A DNA stretch of 64,000 bases, taken from the NCBI GenBank assembly GCA_002269645.1, contig NIVC01002114.1, forward strand, positions 1-64,000. Direction: 5' to 3'. How positions within the stretch are numbered: the first letter of the stretch is position 1; every line of letters begins with the position of its first letter. This DNA comes from Macrostomum lignano. Lineage: Eukaryota. The notes under the pieces are model-generated. The model was not told the DNA's origin. It saw only the letters and a program-made list of their open reading frames with translations, and did no database searches. This document shows positions 28,762-41,715 of this stretch, in pieces. A program made the position numbers and the translations under genes.

Positions 28762-31700
28762 ATGAAGCGAATTCAGTGCTTTCTCCTACATCTAGTAGGA
28801 ATTCTGTTGTCTGCTTTCATTGCGACTGCGACGAAGAGTCCAGGTAAGGGGGGCCCATCACAAGCTCGAAAAATCACATCGTCAAAAACTGATTTAGCAA
28901 CCACCATCAAAAGTTCGAATAGGGTTAGGGTTAGAGCTTGTGCCTTAGGGTTTAGGTTAGGGTCGGGGTTAGAACTTGTGCCTTTAGGGTTAGGGTTTAG
29001 GGTTAGGTTAGGGTTGGGTTAGGGTTCGTGTCTTAGGGTTGTGGTTCAGGGTTAGGTTAGGGTACTGGTGCCTTAGGGTTCGGGTTAGTGCCTTGGGGTT
29101 AGAGCTTGTGATGATGGTTGCTAAACTCTTCAACGATGTGATTTTTCGAGCTTATGACTTTTCGAGATTGTGATGGTGGTTGTTAAATCAGTTTTCGACG
29201 ATATGATTTTTCAAGCTTGTGACTTTTCGAGCTTGTGATGGCGACCCCAGGTAAGCATAACAGCGCAGGTTTTTATTTCTTAGAAGAAATTCGTACTCAT
29301 TTTATGCAGAACTAAAAAACAAACTTTTTTTATAAACAAAAAAACGGAAATTTCTACAAAAAAGCATTAATCCGTTGCTTCTTGCTTTTTAAAAGAAAAG
29401 AAAAGAAAAAAGTGAAAAAGTGTAACAGAAGAGAACAAAGAGTAACGCAAAAGTGTTATTCCGTTGCCCCGAAAAAGCAACTATGGTACCTTAACCGTTA
29501 TAAAAACGTTACCTCTGTTACTATAGCGGATAAAACGCTTAATAACGGAACATGATGCTCGAGACTACCCATAACGACATAAAGACCCCATTGCTTCAAC
29601 AGTACAAAAACCATTCCAGATCTAAGCAAAGCCGGAGTTGGCTGCTTCTCGCACACCAGATGGAACCAGGCCATAGAGGCCAGGATGTGCACAAAAGTGA
29701 CTGACATCACACCGGAGAAATGCTACCACTGTTGCATCAAAGCTTCGCGTCGGCTGTTTGGCCTGCACAACGGAGTGGACTGCTACTGTGGAAATGCTGT
29801 GCTTACTGTTACTCAAAGGCTGAGTGACAGACGTTGCCGAAAAATGCAGCGCAAGACGCTGAAGTCAGCCACGTGCGGAGGCAGATACTCAATGGAGGTG
29901 TTCGCGGTTGGTCTGGTACTTAGCGATGCTCACTTTAAAAGCGGTATGTTGCTTAAGCTGTTGTGCTTCATTAAAGAACCAATATATTTGCAGAGCCATT
30001 ATATGTGCACACCCGTGCAAACAGTGCTGACACCTGGCATCGCGGCCAGATCACCAGGCCGCGGATGACCTCGGTTGGCTCGGACGGCCGCCCCTTGGCT
30101 GCGGCAGCAAAGCTTAGTACAGCAGGTACACACAGAGGTCGGTCGAGGGCGACTCCGTGGCGCCAGGTGCCTGTTGTCCCCAGTCCCTGCTATTTCAACT
30201 ATGGATCAGCCGGGTGGCGCCGGGGACCACGAGGCCAACGTCCATCTGGCCCCAGCTGTACCAGGTGGCCGTCTCAGACTCGGCACGATGAACTGCCGAA
30301 CTCTGAAGGCCCCCTGGCGTCGCATCATTCTCGTCCAGCTGGCCCACGACCTTCAGCTGGACCTCGTCACGATGCAGGAGGTTTCTATCGTGGCTGAGCC
30401 GGGGCTCCACTCTGAGGACCTCGGAACTGGCTGGAGCCTCCTGTACGCGTCGGCAGACGACCGCGGCCGGGGCGGTGTCGGCGTGCAGATCGGACCGCGC
30501 CTCCAGCAGAGCATCCGGCTGTTCTGCGCGTATGCACCCACCGCTGCTCACCCCGAGGAGGCTCGTGCCTTCTTCGACTTCCTGGCTGGGCAGCTGGAAG
30601 AGGTGCCAAACTGCGACACGCTGGCAGTGCTCGGAGACCTGAACACAGTTCCGCGGAGGTCCGAGCGCTCGCCCTTTGTCGCGGGACGAGAGAACGCCAA
30701 CACCGATGCACTGGAGAATCTGGAGAATGTCCGCAAACAACCAGTTCCGCAAGCCCCCTGCCCGCCTGGTCACCTTTTTGGGCTGCAAAAGAAGGCGACG
30801 GAACTCATGCGGGCGGAACGCCACTAGGAGACTGGCGCAACTCGATCATGCGCTGGTTCACACTCGCGAACGCCGCCGCGTCGCCAACTTCGACACCATG
30901 GCTCCACTGGCTCTCCGGTCAGACCATCCATCGACTCCTGATCTGCGACTTGCGGCTCCGTGACCAGCTCTACTGACCGCCAAAGCAGCGGCCACGGCGC
31001 TACTATCGCGCTCTGTTGGACACCCGCGTGAAGCGTCAATTCGCGGGCGCCTTCGTTGGCGCGCTAGGAGACCAGCGCGAGGCGAAGTATTCCGACATCA
31101 GCACCACCGTTAGAGCCGCTGCGGAGCAGACGGTCCCACTGATGCGGCGAGCGCAGAAATCGCTGCCTGTCTGGCAGAGCGACCCGACCATCAGGCAGGC
31201 GAGGCTCAACATCCAGTGACTCCGCAGAAACCGGCGCCCCACGGGCGACGCTGAAGACGCGTTTGAGCGCCTTCTAGACGAGCGGCAGCAGGCGCTGTCG
31301 AAGACGCCGTCAGGTCCATCACTGCAGCCGGCCCCGACGTGAAGAGCCGTGCAGTTTGAACGGCCGTCCGGACTCTGACGGGGCGCAAAAAGCGCGTGGC
31401 GCTGAACCTGGCCGGCGACACCCCGGAGGAGCGCAGGAATGAATTGCGCGACTTCTTCGCCGGCATCGTGAATGCGCCCGCGTCGCCGCTGCCCGCCAGC
31501 TTTGCGCTCCCACCGGACACGCCGCTCCCAGCTGAGGAGGACTTCTGCACCAGACCAGTCACCACGGAGGACGTTGTGCTGTTTGCTCGGAAAACATCAG
31601 GCGGCAAGGCGCTCGGCCCCGACGAAGTCCCGGTCGAAGCGCTGCGGCTCCGCTGTGTGGCCTCCCAGGTCACAGGCGTCATGAACCGCGTGCTCGCCGA

Positions 31701-33912
31701 CGCCATTGCGCCCACCGAGTGGACCGTCGCGCACATTGTGCCAATCCCGAAGAAGGCAGGGACAACGCGGAAAGAAGACCACCGCGGGATCTCGCTGATG
31801 TCCTGCACCGCGAAGCTCTTCAACCGGCTGCTGCTCGATCGTCTGCAGTCGGTGCTGGGCCTGCACCTGCGGTACGAGCAGAACGGATTCCGGCCGCAGC
31901 GCGGTACAGTGACACAGATCCTCGCACTCCGCCGTGTCATCGAGGAGGTGCGTATCCGCCAGTTTACGCTGATCATTGTCTTCGTTGACTTTCGAAAGGC
32001 GCATTTGACTCGGTGTTGAGAGCCGCGCTTCCCTTCGTTTTTCGAGCCTACCGGGTACCCCAGCAGCTAATCGACGCTCTCATGGCGCTGTATTGCGATA
32101 CTCGAGCTGCTGTGGTGACGGCGGACGGCCTGTCTGACCTGTTTGACACTTCATCAGGAGTTCTGCAGGGCGACACGCTAGCGTCGTTCCTCTTCGCGCT
32201 GCTGCTGGACTGGGTGCTTCAGACCGCACTCCCCTCGGCTGACGACGGCTTCCTGCTGCGCAGACGCATCGGTCGTCGCCACAGCGAAAAGCGCCTGAGC
32301 GTGCTTGTCTACGCCGACGATCTCGCCCCACTGTCCTCGTCCGTTGAAGGCGCTCAGCGCCAGATCGACAGGCTGGTCGAGGTGGCATCGAGCGTCGGTC
32401 TGGTTTTCAACACGCTGAAGACCGAGGTACTGTGCCGGCCGACATCCCAGCGGACCTGACGTGCCGCGGCGCAGACGGGAAGACGACCAAGCTGGCACGC
32501 TGCCAGCGGTTCATCTACCTCGGCGGTCTGGTGCCTCACGTGGAGGAGGACCTCCAGCAGCGCAGAGGACTTGCCTGCGTGGTTTTCCGTTCGATCCGGG
32601 CCGTCCTCCAGTCCGAAGCGCTGCCCGACCGCTAGAGGGCTCGGCTGTGGCAGGCGGTGGTCGAAACCGCCCTGCTCTACAACGCCGAGACCAGGATGCT
32701 GACGGCTACGCTGGAGTGGCAGTTGGGCTCGGCGCACTCAGGGCTGCTCAGTGCGGCCCTTCGAACTGACGAGAGCGTCGGGACCGAGGCCCTGTACGAT
32801 CGGGCCAAGCTGCAGCGTCCGTCCATCATCCTGCGCCGGCGGCAACTTCAACTGGCGGGCCACGTGATCCGGGCCGAGGGCTACTGCCCCCAATCTGTTC
32901 AGGACGTCCTGCTGCTCACCTTGCAGAGCCCGTTCAGGCGGAGTCAGGTCCAAACCCGTCGATACGTGCACTGCACGCGACGCCGGCGCGCCCGACAATG
33001 CCAACGGGTAGGACTTCGTCCGCTGTCAGGCTCTGCGGCGAGCCATCTGACGCACCCTGCTCTGTGACTTTGCATGCGGGGTTTTGCTGTTGTTCATCAA
33101 AGATACTGCGTTTTACAGAGAATGTCAGAATGTATTTACATTGCATTTATGCTTTGAAGCCTTGTGAACACTTTTGGGGCTTAGTGAACGGCCTCGGAGC
33201 ACTTTAAGGGAAATTGTCACACAACTGGTAAGAGGCATTACTGCCCATTCCCCCGACTCCCCTGAGCAGGCACACTAGCGCGCGGATACGTAAGCAGTCA
33301 TACGCACAGGCACACACTCACACAGGAGTGTACAGCGCCCCTAGCTTATGCATGTACACTTCACTGTGCCTTGGGGGGTTGGCTCTCAAGGCCGTTAATT
33401 GTACGAGCAGAGCTAAGCCGAGATTCCAATTTAGCCCCAAAATTAATGTGACTGCACTTGGAATCGAGCCTGGGCCGCTGGCACATCAAAGCAACCTGTA
33501 CTGTATGCTCATTGCTCAGGCAAGAAAGAAAGCTGTTGAGCACTGAGACACTGAGTCGGCTGCTAATTCTTCTGTTGGCGACCTCAGAGACTCATTTTTA
33601 AACCCCTTTGCAGAAGCCTGGTTAAAACAGACTCCGAAGGTAGCGTACCTGGGCTGCTACCACTACAGTTACAACTTCCCACTGTCAAAGACTGTTCAGC
33701 ATTCGCCTGTGGAGATGACTGGCAAGCTGTGCTGTGACTATTGCGTGAAACGGGGATTCAAGTATTTCGGATTAACCTACAGCCGGTTTTGTTACTGCGA
33801 CCAAAGGATGGTGAACTGCATGGCGTGTAATCAGTGCCGCGTGCCCTGCGAGGGTAACAGGGAAGAGACCTGCGGCGGGAAAACTTGCATGGACGTGTTT
33901 GAGATACTTTGA
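28762..33912 (+). CDS. Secreted WSC-domain protein A (signal-WSC-WSC)
   Basis: Exons 28762-28843, 29620-29910, 33614-33912, all phase 1. GC...C..CC...LFGLHNGVDCYCGN...CGG..MEVF and YLGC...C..YC...FKYFGL...CYC...C.VPC.GN..ETCGG...MDVF. The exon 2 donor (G|GTCTGG) is weak, so the exon 2-3 join is less certain. Confidence 0.82.
28849..29246. mobile_element. MULE/Mutator-like MITE with a telomere-like core
   Basis: TIR GG..CCATCACAAGCTCGAAAA / TTTTCGAGCTTGTGATGGCGACC; 9-bp TSD CCAGGTAAG (28840-28848, 29247-29255); internal degenerate TTAGGG repeats. Confidence 0.85.
29990..33110 (+). mobile_element. RTE-like non-LTR retrotransposon, decayed (APE endonuclease + RT)
   Basis: GTMNCRTL, MQEV, CAYAPT, VLGDLN (APE); HRGISLM, EQNGFRPQRGT, FVDFRKA, GVLQGDTLASFLF, YADD, LYNAET (RT/RTE-like C-terminus); several frameshifts and stops. 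Ends approximate. Confidence 0.93.
33230..33370 (+). repeat. Dispersed short repeat with GTGTACA...TGTACAC hairpin (related pieces near 1290-1415, 47940-48000, 48270-48340 minus, 60800-60860)
   Basis: Shared CTGAGCA..CACAC..GCTCACACAGG.GTGTACAGCG(G)CCC...TGTACAC..CTGTG segments. Confidence 0.6.
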
Positions 33913-34069
33913 ATATAGTATTTTAGCTGTCAATTGTCAACACCGAACTCTGATACCAGGAATGTTGCTTTAAATCTCTCGTACGAGCTAACTTCATCTT
34001 TTTTATCATTTAAATAAACAATTGATTTTAGGTGCTAATAAACCATCATGAACAATCTGCTTTTTTGAC

Positions 34070-34212
34070 CAGAGCTACAGAGGGGGCGCCAGCTACAGAG
34101 GGGGCGCCAGCTACAGAGGGGGCGCCAGCTACAGAGGGGGCGCCAGCTACAGAGGGGGCGCCAGCTACAAAGGGGGCGCCAGCTACAGAGGGGGCGCCAG
34201 CTACAGAGGGGG
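34070..34212. repeat. 18-bp minisatellite
   Basis: CCAGCTACAGAGGGGGCG, about 8 copies. Confidence 0.95.
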
Positions 34213-34744
34213 CCATTTGTCCCTGTGACTGCTGCTTGGCTGCAAAGAACCGTTTGACAAAATGTCTAAAAATAAAAAAATATTCATTTGAAAGCGCTAC
34301 TAGATTTGAGTCACATAAAAAGTTACAATGCAAACGATTTTCTATAAAAAAAACTTCTAAAATACGAGTAATAAATCAAGTGTCTGATATACATAGCATG
34401 CAAGTTTTTATCTTAGGCAATTCAAATCAAAATTAACTTGGTTTGAAAATTTAATGAACATTTTTTCTTTTTAAAATTGGAATTTAATTTTCAGTTTCTG
34501 AGTGGTTAAGCATCGAAAACAAGTATTTCGATTTTCTTAACAATTTTTTGAGAATAATTGAAATGAAATGAAATTCTTCTTAAACGTTTTCCGGAAACAC
34601 GAAGTTCTTCTGGAATGCTAATTATGCAAGTTGGCCAATCTATTTAAATAGAAAAAACTTTTTCTCTAATCCTTAACTTTGGAGTTATTATACAGTACGT
34701 AATTCGCAACAATAGTTTTATTGCTACTAGAAACAACAAGAAAA

Positions 34745-37700
34745 ATGAAGCTGGTTGTAAAGAGTTTGCTTCTAGTTGGTTTTCTGCTCGCTTCTGTCCA
34801 AGCGAGCGCAGGTGAGTGGTCAAAGTTTTCATAGCTAGTGATAGCTGATAGAATTTTTATAGTTGGAACTCCCCATTGGCTGTAACAGTGGCCACGGCCA
34901 CAGAACTGCTTTCGGCCATAGACAATAAAGCCAATCAAAGCCACTGTCACAGAACTGCACTCGGCCATAGACAATAAAGCCAATCAAAGCCACTGTCACA
35001 GAACTGCACTCGGCCATAGACAATAAAGCCAATCAAAGCCACTGTCACAGAACTGCACTCGGCCATAGACAATAAAGCCAATCAAAGCCACTGTCACAGA
35101 ACTGCACTCGGCCATAGACAATAAAGCCAATCAAAGCCACTGCCACAGAACTGCACTCGGCCATAGACAATAAAGCCAATCAAAGCCACTGTCACAGAAC
35201 TGCACTCGGCCATAGACAATAAAGCCAATCAAAGCACTGCCACAGAACTGCACTCGGCCATAGACAATAAAGCCAATCAAAGCCACTGCCACAGAACTGC
35301 TCTCGGCCATAGACAATAAAGCCAATCAAAGCCACTGTCACAGAACTGCTCTCGGCCATAGACAATAAAGCCAATCAAAGCCACTGCCACAGAACTGCTC
35401 TCGGCCATAGACAATAAAGCCAATCAAAGCCACTGTCACAGAACTGCACTCGGCCATAGACAATAAAGCCAATCAAAGCCACTGCCGCAGAACTGCTCTC
35501 GGCCATAGACAATAAAGCCAATCAAAGCCACTGCCACAGAACTGCACTCGGCCATAGACAATAAAGCCAATCAAAGCCACTGCCACAGAACTGCTCTCGG
35601 CCATAGACAATAAAGCCAATCAAAGCCACTGCCACAGAACTGCACTCGGCCATAGACAATAAAGCCAATCAAAGCCACTGCCACAGAACTGCACTCGGCC
35701 ATAGACAATAAAGCCAATCAAAGCCACTGCCACAGAACTGCACTCGGCCATAGACAATAAAGCCAATCAAAGCCACTGCCACAGAACTGCACTCGGCCAT
35801 AGACAATAAAGCCAATCAAAGCCACTGCCACAGAACTGCACTCGGCCATAGACAATAAAGCCAATCAAAGCCACTGCCACAGAACTGCACTCGGCCATAG
35901 ACAATAAAGCCAATCAAAGCCACTGCCACAGAACTGCACTCGGCCATAGACAATAAAGCCAATCAAAGCCACTGCCACAGAACTGCACTCGGCCATAGAC
36001 AATAAAGCCAATCAAAGCCACTGCCACAGAACTGCACTCTCCCACAGACTGCAAGCCAAATCAGCTGTTTAAGGCTCTTCACTATGATAGAATCACTAGG
36101 TCCCATTTTATTATTAATGTAGTTACCCGCTTGATTAATCGTTTATCAACTTGAATTTGTGGTTACATCCATTAAGTACACGAATTTGTTCGTTTGTACA
36201 TGCAATATGATGAATGGTTATTTTAAAACCATGTTAAAACGAACTCTAAAATTCCAAAACGCCAGACTTTAGCCAAGCTAAAACAGGCTGCTACAAACAT
36301 TCGATGTCGCTTCCGGCACTCGGAGTTGCGCGAGCAAGAGTGGTCGAACTTATGAGCCCCGCAATTTGCTACCGATTTTGCAAATTGAGATTCTTCCCAC
36401 TGTTCGGTCTGAGAGACGGAAGGATCTGCCACTGCGGTCAAGCCCTGCTGCACAATGCTAGGGAGGATGCGAAATATTGCCAGACTCCATGCGTTGGCCA
36501 ACCGTCAGATAGTTGCGGAGGCCCCGATTACACGATGGTCTACGACATCAGTAGAGTCATTGTTAACGGTAAGTAAATTTGCGATTGATTTCGAAACACT
36601 TTTCAACTCTGGCTTGATTTCATGAGCGTTCATCTTCATTTGGGGGCTTGTACACGAAATTGACCACTCTAAATTGTTGTGCAATTCATATTTACGAGGG
36701 CCGACCCCCCAAGGCACTGAGAGCGTACATTTCTTGACGATTTGAAAGTCAGGGCTGTTGTATGGTAACCCGCCGCTACAAATGCGCGCGGATGGAATGA
36801 TGGGAGTACGGCATGGAAGAGGGTGTATTTTTTCAATAAAATATTGTCCAATAAAAAAATTACTGATTTTAAATCTGAAAGAAAGCATCCAGACATAATA
36901 GTAATTAAGACAAGGTTAGAGTTTGACTTTGGGTTAGAATTTTGCGTGTCAGAGAGATGAAATGTCTGAGATATGAAGTGTCGGAGATATGAAGTATCGG
37001 AGATGTGAAGTGTCGGAGATATGAAGTATCGGAGATGTGAAGTGTCGGAGATGTGAGGTGTCGGAGAGGTGAGGTGTCGGAGATGTGAAGTGTAGGAGAT
37101 ATGAAGTATCGGAGATGTGAAGTGTCGGAGATGTGAGGTGTCGGAGATGTGAAGTGTCGGAGATGTGAAGTGTCGGAGATGTGAAGTGTCGGAGATGTGA
37201 GGTGTCGGAGAGGTGAGGTGTCGGAGATGTGAAGTGTCGGAGATGTGAGGTGTCGGAGATGTGAGGTGTCGGAGATGTGAAGTGTCGGAGATGTGAAGTG
37301 TCGGAGATGTGAAGTGTCGGAGATGTGAGGTGTCGGAGATGTGAGGTGTCGGAGATGTGAATTGTCGGAGATGTGAGGTGTCGGAGATGTGAGGTGTCGG
37401 AGATGTGAGGTGTCGGAGATGTGAGGTGTCGGAGATGTGAGGTGTCGGAGATGTGAAGTGTCGGAGATGTGAAGTGTCGGAGATGTGAAGTGTCGGAGAT
37501 GTGAAGTGTCGGAGATGTGAAGTGTCGGAGATGTGAAGTGTCAGAGATGTGAAGTGTCGGAGATATGAAGTGTCGGAGATGTGAAGTGTCGGAGATGTGA
37601 AGTGTCGGAGATATGAAGTGTCGGAGATATGAAGTGTCGGAGATATGAAGTGTCGGAGACATGAAGTGTCGGAGATATGAAGTGTCGGAGATGTGAAGTG

Positions 37701-38166
37701 TCGGAGATGTGAATTGTCGGGGATATGAAGTGTCGGAGATGTGAAGAGTCGGAGATATGAAGTGTCGGAGAAAACAAAATGCTTGATAATTTATTCGCAC
37801 AAGAATGATTCTCCCGCGAGTGAGCTATTTTACACTGTCGCAACTGCTTTTCCATCAGGCGTCATGCCTTGGCCTCCGCCGCTGCCCAACACCAAATTCC
37901 TTGGCTGCTACAAGGCGCTGAAGCGTGAACCGCTGCTAGACACCTTCGACTACAAACCTTACGATTTAACCAAAAAATATTGCCTTGACTCCTGCTTCAG
38001 TAAGCGATTTGTGTACTTTGGCCTGCTAGATGGCAACATTTGTCAGTGTGGTCAGCAAATCAAGAAGTACCAGTGGGCGAAAAACTGCAACATGCCGTGT
38101 TCGGGTAAGAAGTCGGAAACCTGCGGTGGAGTGCGCAGCACTGAGGTTTATGAAATTACTAAGTAG
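34745..38166 (+). CDS. Secreted WSC-domain protein B (signal-WSC-WSC)
   Basis: Exons 34745-34811 (MKLVVKSLLLVGFLLASVQASA), 36266-36568 and 37859-38166; phase-1 introns; two WSC motifs (C..FC..FFPLFGL.DG.ICHCG..C.TPC.GQ..DSCGG; FLGCY..C.DSC..FVYFGL.DG.ICQCG..C.MPCSG..ETCGG). Confidence 0.9.
34905..36040. repeat. 49-bp minisatellite, ~23 copies
   Basis: GGCCATAGACAATAAAGCCAATCAAAGCCACTGYCACAGAACTGCWCTC. Confidence 0.97.
36950..37770. repeat. 16-bp minisatellite
   Basis: GTCGGAGATGTGAAGT units. Confidence 0.97.
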
Positions 38167-38424
38167 CTTATCTATCTGGTTCGTCTTATCAGATTTCTAA
38201 TTGGCAGTTTTAACAAACTGTTAAACAGTTTCAACATTTAATGACGAGGAGTCTGACATCCTTGGGGTGTTTAAAATAAACGTTTAAAATAATTGAACAC
38301 TGAGTTCGGCAAAACTTTTACAATATGCCAGTATTTTTTACTTAATTTTTACGTGACATGAAGCTATGAAAGACTAGTTTTTATCAAGGTTGTTTCAATA
38401 GCCCATAAAATCGTTACGTTTAAT

Positions 38425-38625
38425 CACTGTATCACTGTGTGGCATCACTGTATCACTGTGTGGCATCACTGTCTCACTGTGTGGCATCACTGTATCACTG
38501 TGTGGCATCACTGTCTCACTGTGTGGCATCACTGTATCACTGTGTGGCATCACTGTATCACTGTGTTGCATCACTGTATCACTGTGTGGCATCACTGTCT
38601 CACTGTGTTGCAGCACTGTATCACA
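38425..38625. repeat. 21-bp minisatellite
   Basis: ATCACTGTATCACTGTGTGGC units. Confidence 0.93.
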
Positions 38626-39279
38626 GTGCCGTCCTGGTCCATATTGGTCGGCAATCGCAGGCAGCAGGCTCCATCATCCGCGCTGTGCTATCAGAACAAG
38701 CAGCATAAAAAAATCATTTTTTCTGTTAAGAACAATCAGATTTTTCGTTAAAGAATGATTTCAGAATGCATATATTTGCTCAAAGAGTTAGCCAGTAGTT
38801 ATACTTTTTTGTTTCAAATGGTTCATCTCCAATGGTCATCTCCAAATGGCCAGTCGGCGAAAAAATTGATAACAACAAGAAATTACGAGTATTAACGATC
38901 AAGCGCTTCTTCCAATGCTTACAGTTCTGCAAATTGAAATTATAGATTGATGATTGTTTGTTGGACGTCTATAATTACGAGTTTAGCTAGTATTGATATA
39001 AAACTCACAGTATACTAATAATCAAAATAATCAAATAACCAATAAGTAACCATGACAGTGCAGTACTGGAGCATTTGCATCCAGTGCGTTGTTTTTTAAT
39101 GGTTTCAAAAGTTCACTGACTTTGATAAAATATACGTAATATACGAGTGCTGTCCCAAAAGTGGTGTTACTTTTGATTGTAATTCCCGTTCTGATGATCC
39201 AAGTAACATTATTTTGCACATAATTATAGCAGCAACTCTCTTCTTCATATGAAATTTAAAAAATCTTTTTAAACAGACA

Positions 39280-39570
39280 ATGGCAATAGACATGAGCGGC
39301 TATCGCCGCTATCACCGAATTCATGGTAATGGCCATAGACATGAGCGGCTATCGCCGCTATCGCCGAATTCATGGTAATGGCCATAGACACGAGCGGCTA
39401 TCGTCGCTATCGCCGAATTCATGGTAATGGCCATAGACACGAGCGGCTATCGTCGCTATCACCGATCGTGTCTATGGCCATTACCATGAATTCTCACTTC
39501 CAGCTAACCCTCCATTACCATGAATTCGGCGATAGCGGCGATAGCCGCTCATGTCTATGGCCATTACAAT
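39280..39570. repeat. 49-bp tandem array followed by inverted copies (fold-back)
   Basis: TGGCCATAGACATGAGCGGCTATCGCCGCTATCGCCGAATTCATGGTAA about x4, then reverse-complement segments GTGTCTATGGCCATTACCATGAATT. Confidence 0.9.
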
Positions 39571-39884
39571 GAATTCTCACTTCCAGCTAACTTCATTGGT
39601 CAATTTGTCCATCAGGATCCGAGTGGGAAGAGGGAATGGGGTGTGGGGGTGAAGACCCCACTTACAACCATAGACTATTTTATTTTACGCTCATAGACTC
39701 GTTTGTTTTCAAAAATGATATCCCAGTAAATTGTTTTATTGTCAATTTCAAACAATGACTGGTCATTGCTTGAATGTCATTGCCCTAACGTAAATGACCA
39801 TAGACATTTTGAACAAGGGAAACAAAAGTTTTGAACAAAAACTTAGCAGGAACTGGACGATAGACTTGCAGTAAGTCAACAAGC

Positions 39885-40200
39885 GCTTTCCATCATAAAC
39901 CCGAAATATCACAAACCCGAAATATCATAGACCCGAAAAATCACAACTCCGAAAAACAAAATAGCAACGCCCATCATAAACCCGAAAATCACAAACCCGA
40001 AATATCATAACTCCGAAAACAAAAATAGCATTGCCCATGATAAACCCGAAATATCATAACTCCGAAAGTTCTAGCAATGTCCAACACTATTTTAGTTTTC
40101 GGATTTATGATATTTCGGCTTTGTGATATTTCGGGTTTATGATGGGCAATGCTATTTTGGTTTTCGGAGTTGTGATTTTTCGGGTTATTTGATGGTGACT
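39885..40200. mobile_element. MULE-like MITE related to 28849-29246
   Basis: Palindromic arms CCATCATAAACCCGAAA / TTTCGGGTTATTTGATGG; flanking duplication TCAACAAGC / CCAACAAGC; right end GATGGTGACT resembles GATGGCGACC. Confidence 0.7.
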
Positions 40201-40515
40201 CCAACAAGCTTGTGGAAAGTAGAGAAAGTACTTTTGATTAAATGCACTCAGACTTCTTTGCTAGGATGCAGTGAGAAAGAGACAACTATGCAAAAACTTG
40301 AAGAAACAAAAAAACTTTCGAAGCAGCAGAACATTTCCCAACTGGGCTTCAGCTTCATTGCTTCTTGTTCTCTCCTTTTGCTGTGTCAAAAATTGTGCAT
40401 ACTGTTAGAAATGATGATGTTTGCATTATCAGAACGAGATATATAAATCAAAAGTAATACTACTTCTGGGACGGCCCTTGTAAAAATTTATATCGGTTTA
40501 TAACTTTTAGACATA

Positions 40516-41703
40516 CTCAAGTAGAAGGATGGGAATTTACATTTCTTAGAAAAGGTTTATGAGGCTGGTTTTCGCCAAAATACACTACGGAGATAATCTT
40601 TTCTAAATTTTCTAAATTGTTCATAAATTTAATTTAGTGAAAGTCAAGTAACATCTAATTTCTAATTAATGAGTTGGAGTTTTTATATATCATGAGCATT
40701 ATTTTTTTATTTTTGTATCATGTAATCTTTTCATCTTAATGTACTAGGTAGGTGCAAATTCTAATATAAAAATATAATGAAAGTTCTCCGTGCTAAGCGC
40801 GCTCGACTGGCCCATTCGACCCCCATGATGAGGCTGGTACTTCTCCGGGGCAATCAGCATATTTATAACATTTATAGCAAATTTATAACAATATTTTGCC
40901 CATTTAATCTTCTTCTTTGGTCAGCCACGTCTCACTGGAGTCTTTAGTGTCTGAAAATTAAGTAGCTAAGAGCTTTTTCTTCAATTTTGGCTTGATAGAT
41001 GCAGAAAAGTGAGAAAACACGAAAAAATGATGTATCGGGTATCGGACCAAGTATCGGAATAAAGTATCGCGCGATACTCAAATTTTGGTATCGGACCAAC
41101 ACTGCTTTTTCCTAATTAAAATTGTTATTGCTTTCGATTGGAGGCAGACCCCATGTTCATCTTTTGATATTTTTTGCCTTTCCTATAGCTCTTGATATAT
41201 TGATATTCATAAATCTTTTCCTTTTAGAAAATTAGATTTCCATGTCAATTTTTTATTCTACGTACATTTCCTGTGCCTAAAAATCATAATACTGCATGGT
41301 ACATCTTGACTCTTTGGATTTATGAATCTATTTTATCATGTCTGTTAGACATGTTGTTACACAGTCAGCTAAGAATGATACGAACTAAATTAGATTTCTA
41401 AAACCCATGAGCCGAGCTGTGCCATTTTAATGGTTTTAGGTACATGACATGCAATTGTACGTAGAATAGAAATTTGACGTAGAGTCCTAATTCTTTGAAC
41501 AAAACGCTTTATAAATATCAATAGAACCATAAGAAAGGCACAACATATCAAAAGATGAACACTGGATCTGCCTCCTATCGAAAGTAATACTAATTTTTGT
41601 GCTGAAAAATTAAAAACTTCCTATCTTCGTAGTGTATTCTTTGGCAAAAAACAGCCCCATAAACATTTTCTAAGAAATGTAAATTCCTGTCCTTCTACTT
41701 GAG
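40516..41703. mobile_element. TA-flanked MITE with ~85-bp TIRs, containing a truncated hAT end
   Basis: TA|CTCAAGTAGAAGGA..GGAATTTACATTTCTTAGAAAA.. and its inverse ..CCTTCTACTTGAG|TA; internal GTATCG repeats ending CCAACACTG at 41104. Confidence 0.7.
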
Positions 41704-41715
41704 TAGTCGTTGGTA

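Noticed and set aside
30020-30180. Possible HDV-like ribozyme at the RTE 5' end
   Set aside because: Hairpins exist (CGCGGCC/GGCCGCG), but I could not assign P1, P1.1, P2, P3 and J4/2 consistently; needs an RNArobo or Infernal search.
34905-36040. CRISPR-like appearance of the 49-bp arrays
   Set aside because: Units are wholly repeated with no unique spacers, there are no cas genes, and the context is eukaryotic.
38640-38700. Candidate last exon for WSC gene C
   Set aside because: The available acceptor gives only a few codons before a stop; it cannot be supported without cDNA.
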